Assembly: GCA_964057225.1 (NCBI GenBank)
Contig: OZ059898.1
Coordinates: forward strand, 7,378,001 to 7,442,000
Length of the DNA stretch: 64,000 nt
Direction of reading: 5' to 3'
Source: Auanema rhodensis
Lineage: Eukaryota > Animalia > Nematoda
The translations under genes were made by a program, and so were the position numbers. The number at the start of each line of letters is the position of its first letter. Position 1 is the first letter of the stretch. The notes beneath the pieces were generated by a model. It was not told the origin of the DNA. It did no database searches and saw nothing but the letters and a program-made list of their open reading frames with translations. This document shows positions 60,962-64,000 of the stretch, in pieces.

Positions 60962-63900
60962 CTAAGCTGATGTCTCAAACGCTCGGAATGAGGCTCGTGG
61001 AGGTCTCAGAATGGAAATAGGTTGCGTAGCATTTGTACGATATGTAACCTGAGGTGGTAACATATCTGCAAATCGAGACTGAGATGTTGGCCTAGTTGAT
61101 TGTGCTCTGGATGGAGCTTTCATATGTGTTGGAGGACCATGAGATGAGAGCATACTGTAAATATTTTAATTTTAAATATAATTTCAAGAAGGATTAAACC
61201 TTTTCTCGCTTTTTCGGAATGTTATTCTTGTTTCAGGATGAAGGGCGATACGACGTAAGTAGCATCCACAAAGTATAGAAGCTATGAAAAGTATGATAGC
61301 AACAGAAGATAATATTCCAGTCATCCATTTCAAACCAATTTCAACACTTCGATCTATGAAAAAACTTGTTAATTTATTATTTCATTTGAAACAATGGATA
61401 CACATGTATGATGTTTATAATGTTTTATCATCAAATTCAATCTTGAAACTGTCAAGTTACATGACTTAACTGCGTTCATGAGCAGTTTGAAGTTGCTACG
61501 CTATCGGCCCAAGTAGTATAGTGGTTAGTACTCCACGTTGTGGCCGTGGCGACACAGGTTCGATTCCTGTCTTGGGCATTTCTTTTTGATTTGCTAACCA
61601 AAATGTTGCAAATATTTTTGTTTAAAGATAGAGATTTTAATTTTTTTTTGCTGAAGTTTATAACAAGTATAACTTACATCTACACCAAACGTGCCATCCT
61701 GGTGTCCATGAACCGTTAATGCATGTTCTTTGCGGTGATCCATGAATAAAGTATTCTGGCTTACAGGTAAATGTTACTGTAACTCCATCTAAGTAATTAT
61801 TTCCTGGGGGGTATTTTACAGCACCAGGAGCAGTTAGCAATGCCCCACATGATTGTGCTGAAAATAAATTTTCATTGTTAAGTTATAACTTTGAATATGA
61901 ATTACTTCGATGAGATCCTTTATGCTTTAATTCCATCAACTTGCTTTGAACTTCTAGTGTATTTAAAGCTATTTCTCTACGACCAGTTAGGAAATAATCA
62001 TATTCACATTCATAAACATTTTGACAAGCAACCTTAAACAATTATAAATAACATTTTGATTAAGTTGAAGTTGAAACATACCCGAACTTCATCCAATGTA
62101 AATACTAAACTGGCATTAAACTGGAGACGATATGGATCAAACACAGGATTATACTTTCGATCATCTCCAAACTGTAGTGGATTATAAATTGGTTTGATAT
62201 CATCTTGGAATAAAAGCTTATGTCTTGTACCATCAACTCTCCCTAAAATGAAAATATTGATTAGTTCTTATATTAAAATATTGAAAAACATACATCGTTG
62301 ACCATACTTATAAGCATTTATATTATCTTGTTCAGTTGGTGGATGACTAACTATTGTTATATGTCCATCTGGAGACATTAAATCATCTAAATGATTTTCA
62401 TTGAATGTTCCAAGTAATCCAACAGTAACAAATCGTTGTCCTCCTATAGTTATATACATAAATTTAATATAATTATAATAAGTTTAATATAATACCTCCA
62501 ACATATTGAAGTGTTGATGGTTGTGTCACTTTATTAATAAATTCTTGTTGAATATTAGCTGTACGACGTCCGAATTCATCTAATCCTGTACCAAAGTAAT
62601 CAGCTCCTCGGAAATTCTGTTTAATATTTTGAAATGATAAATAATAAAATAATATTCATACAGCAAATGTTTCATTAAAATCTGGAGGAAGCAATGTCAT
62701 GACTGATAGAACACCATGAGCTTCAGCTACACGAACACCAGCTCCAGAATCAAACATAACAAGAATTTCAGATTGGTTATGATTACGTTCTGGTGAACGT
62801 AATGTAACACCTTAAATGAAAATAAAATTAAAAATATTATAAAGAAATGTGATAATAACCTCGGAATCTTTGCATTTTCAATTCAGGAGTATCAAAATAA
62901 ACTTTGTGACCATTGACAACAATATCCATACGATAACGCCATCTTAAACATCGTATTTACTAGCTTAGAGATTCAAGTTTTAAGTTTAATTAAGTTTTGA
63001 ATACAGCTTAAGTATGAATTGAAATAATTTTTGAAATACCTTCTAAACTCTTTTCGAGCGAACAATTGAACAATGTCTGATTGATTTTCTCTTGCAGCAA
63101 CTCCAGTGATAACAGATGCATGAACTTCTTGATTCCCTAAAGAAATTGAATATTCAATAATATAATAAAAATAAAATAATCTTACAATCTGTCTTTGGAG
63201 GTTGTTCCATTCTAATTTGAACTTGAAGATCATGTCTTGGATCTTTACTCATTGTTAATACATAATATCCTTTTCCTTGGAATGTATACCGAGTTCCATC
63301 ATAAGTAACAAAATGTGGATCACCGTAAGCAATTCCTTTAAATTTTTTGTTTTTTTTTCTTTCAAATCATTATTAATCTTACCAGCAACTGGTGGAATAT
63401 ATTCTTGACAACCAGATGTTTGACGTCGCCAAAAGTAGAATTCACATGCACCAGCCCATTTACAGCATTTCTCATATGCCATTGTATCTGTATGAAAATT
63501 GGACAAAGATGGTACATATGGTGGACGTTTAAATGGAAATGAGCCCATAGGATGTGCACTATAAAATATTTGTTATCATATAATCAGATTTATAGTTAAA
63601 TAGAACTAACCGTTGAGCTGTACCCGGACTGAAGAAACGTAAATGTGCAGCATTTTCATAATCATCCGAATGCATTAACCATCCTTCAAAATCATAACAA
63701 CATGTCTGACCAGCACCTGTCCATCTACAATTTAAGTTTAAACGTTTGAAAAGTATAAGGTTATAGGTTTAAACATACGTTGCAGCAACACTCATAACAC
63801 AATGCTGAGCTCCTTTATTATATTCACATGATGCATCACCGTCAATATCACAACCAAACAATGGCATATATCTTCCTATAAAACTTATTGTTTTATTAAA

Positions 63901-64000
63901 AATATGTATCAATATACATATAATAAGTTCAATTATACAATATTCTTAAATGGATGTACCTAAATCTAACATAGCTTGGTCCATTGTGCATGGACATGGA
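60962..64000 (-). CDS. Mesh/SUSD2-like type I membrane protein (AMOP, vWD, Sushi/CCP, TM); 3' part only, gene continues beyond the window end
   Basis: Minus-strand exons encode AMOP ([17 protein letters not shown]...[55 protein letters not shown]), vWD (AYGDPHF..., [19 protein letters not shown]), Sushi ([58 protein letters not shown]) and TM ([25 protein letters not shown]); TAG at 60964-60962. Confidence 0.92.
61507..61578 (+). tRNA. tRNA-His-GTG: tRNA-His(GUG), inside an intron of the Mesh-like gene, on the opposite strand
   Basis: Acceptor stem GCCCAAG/CTTGGGC; D arm AGTATAGTGGTTAGTACT; anticodon arm CCACG-TTGTGGC-CGTGG; T arm ACAGG-TTCGATT-CCTGT; discriminator A; followed by a TTTCTTTTT Pol III terminator. 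Confidence 0.97.

Noticed and set aside
1-64000. Transposons, CRISPR arrays, rRNA, SL RNA, telomeric arrays
   Set aside because: I saw no transposase/RT ORFs, long TIRs or LTRs, spacer arrays, SL1 sequence or (TTAGGC)n arrays by eye. Short degenerate MITEs cannot be excluded without a repeat library.

Overview
AT-rich eukaryotic DNA, almost certainly from a rhabditid nematode. Most introns are about 40-55 nt with TTTCAG/TTTTAG acceptors, and the proteins resemble C. elegans ones, so most short ORFs in the track are exon fragments or microsatellite noise. I spliced the genes by eye. (1) 0.6-12.9 kb is a compact + strand cluster: a PIR1/DUSP11-type RNA phosphatase (F54C8.4-like), APC4/emb-30 starting 193 bp later (operon-like), and an adhesion-type GPCR with three copies of an 8-Cys module, a 63-bp-repeat mucin stalk, an intact GPS site and a 7TM region. 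(2) 12.9-43.7 kb is a ~30-kb stretch with no convincing gene, rich in (GA)n tracts, short palindromes and CpG-rich islets. (3) 43.7-48.2 kb holds a tandem zf-CXXC gene with a probably long, structured 3'UTR. (4) 49.6-64 kb holds mostly secreted/surface genes: a CPG4/DUF19-like protein head-to-head with an MMP lacking a prodomain, a secreted P/Q/Y-rich protein, a HACD/PTPLA dehydratase, and the 3' part of a Mesh/SUSD2-like gene with an antisense intronic tRNA-His. I found no mobile elements, rRNA or CRISPR. Orthology calls rest on remembered motifs, not database searches.
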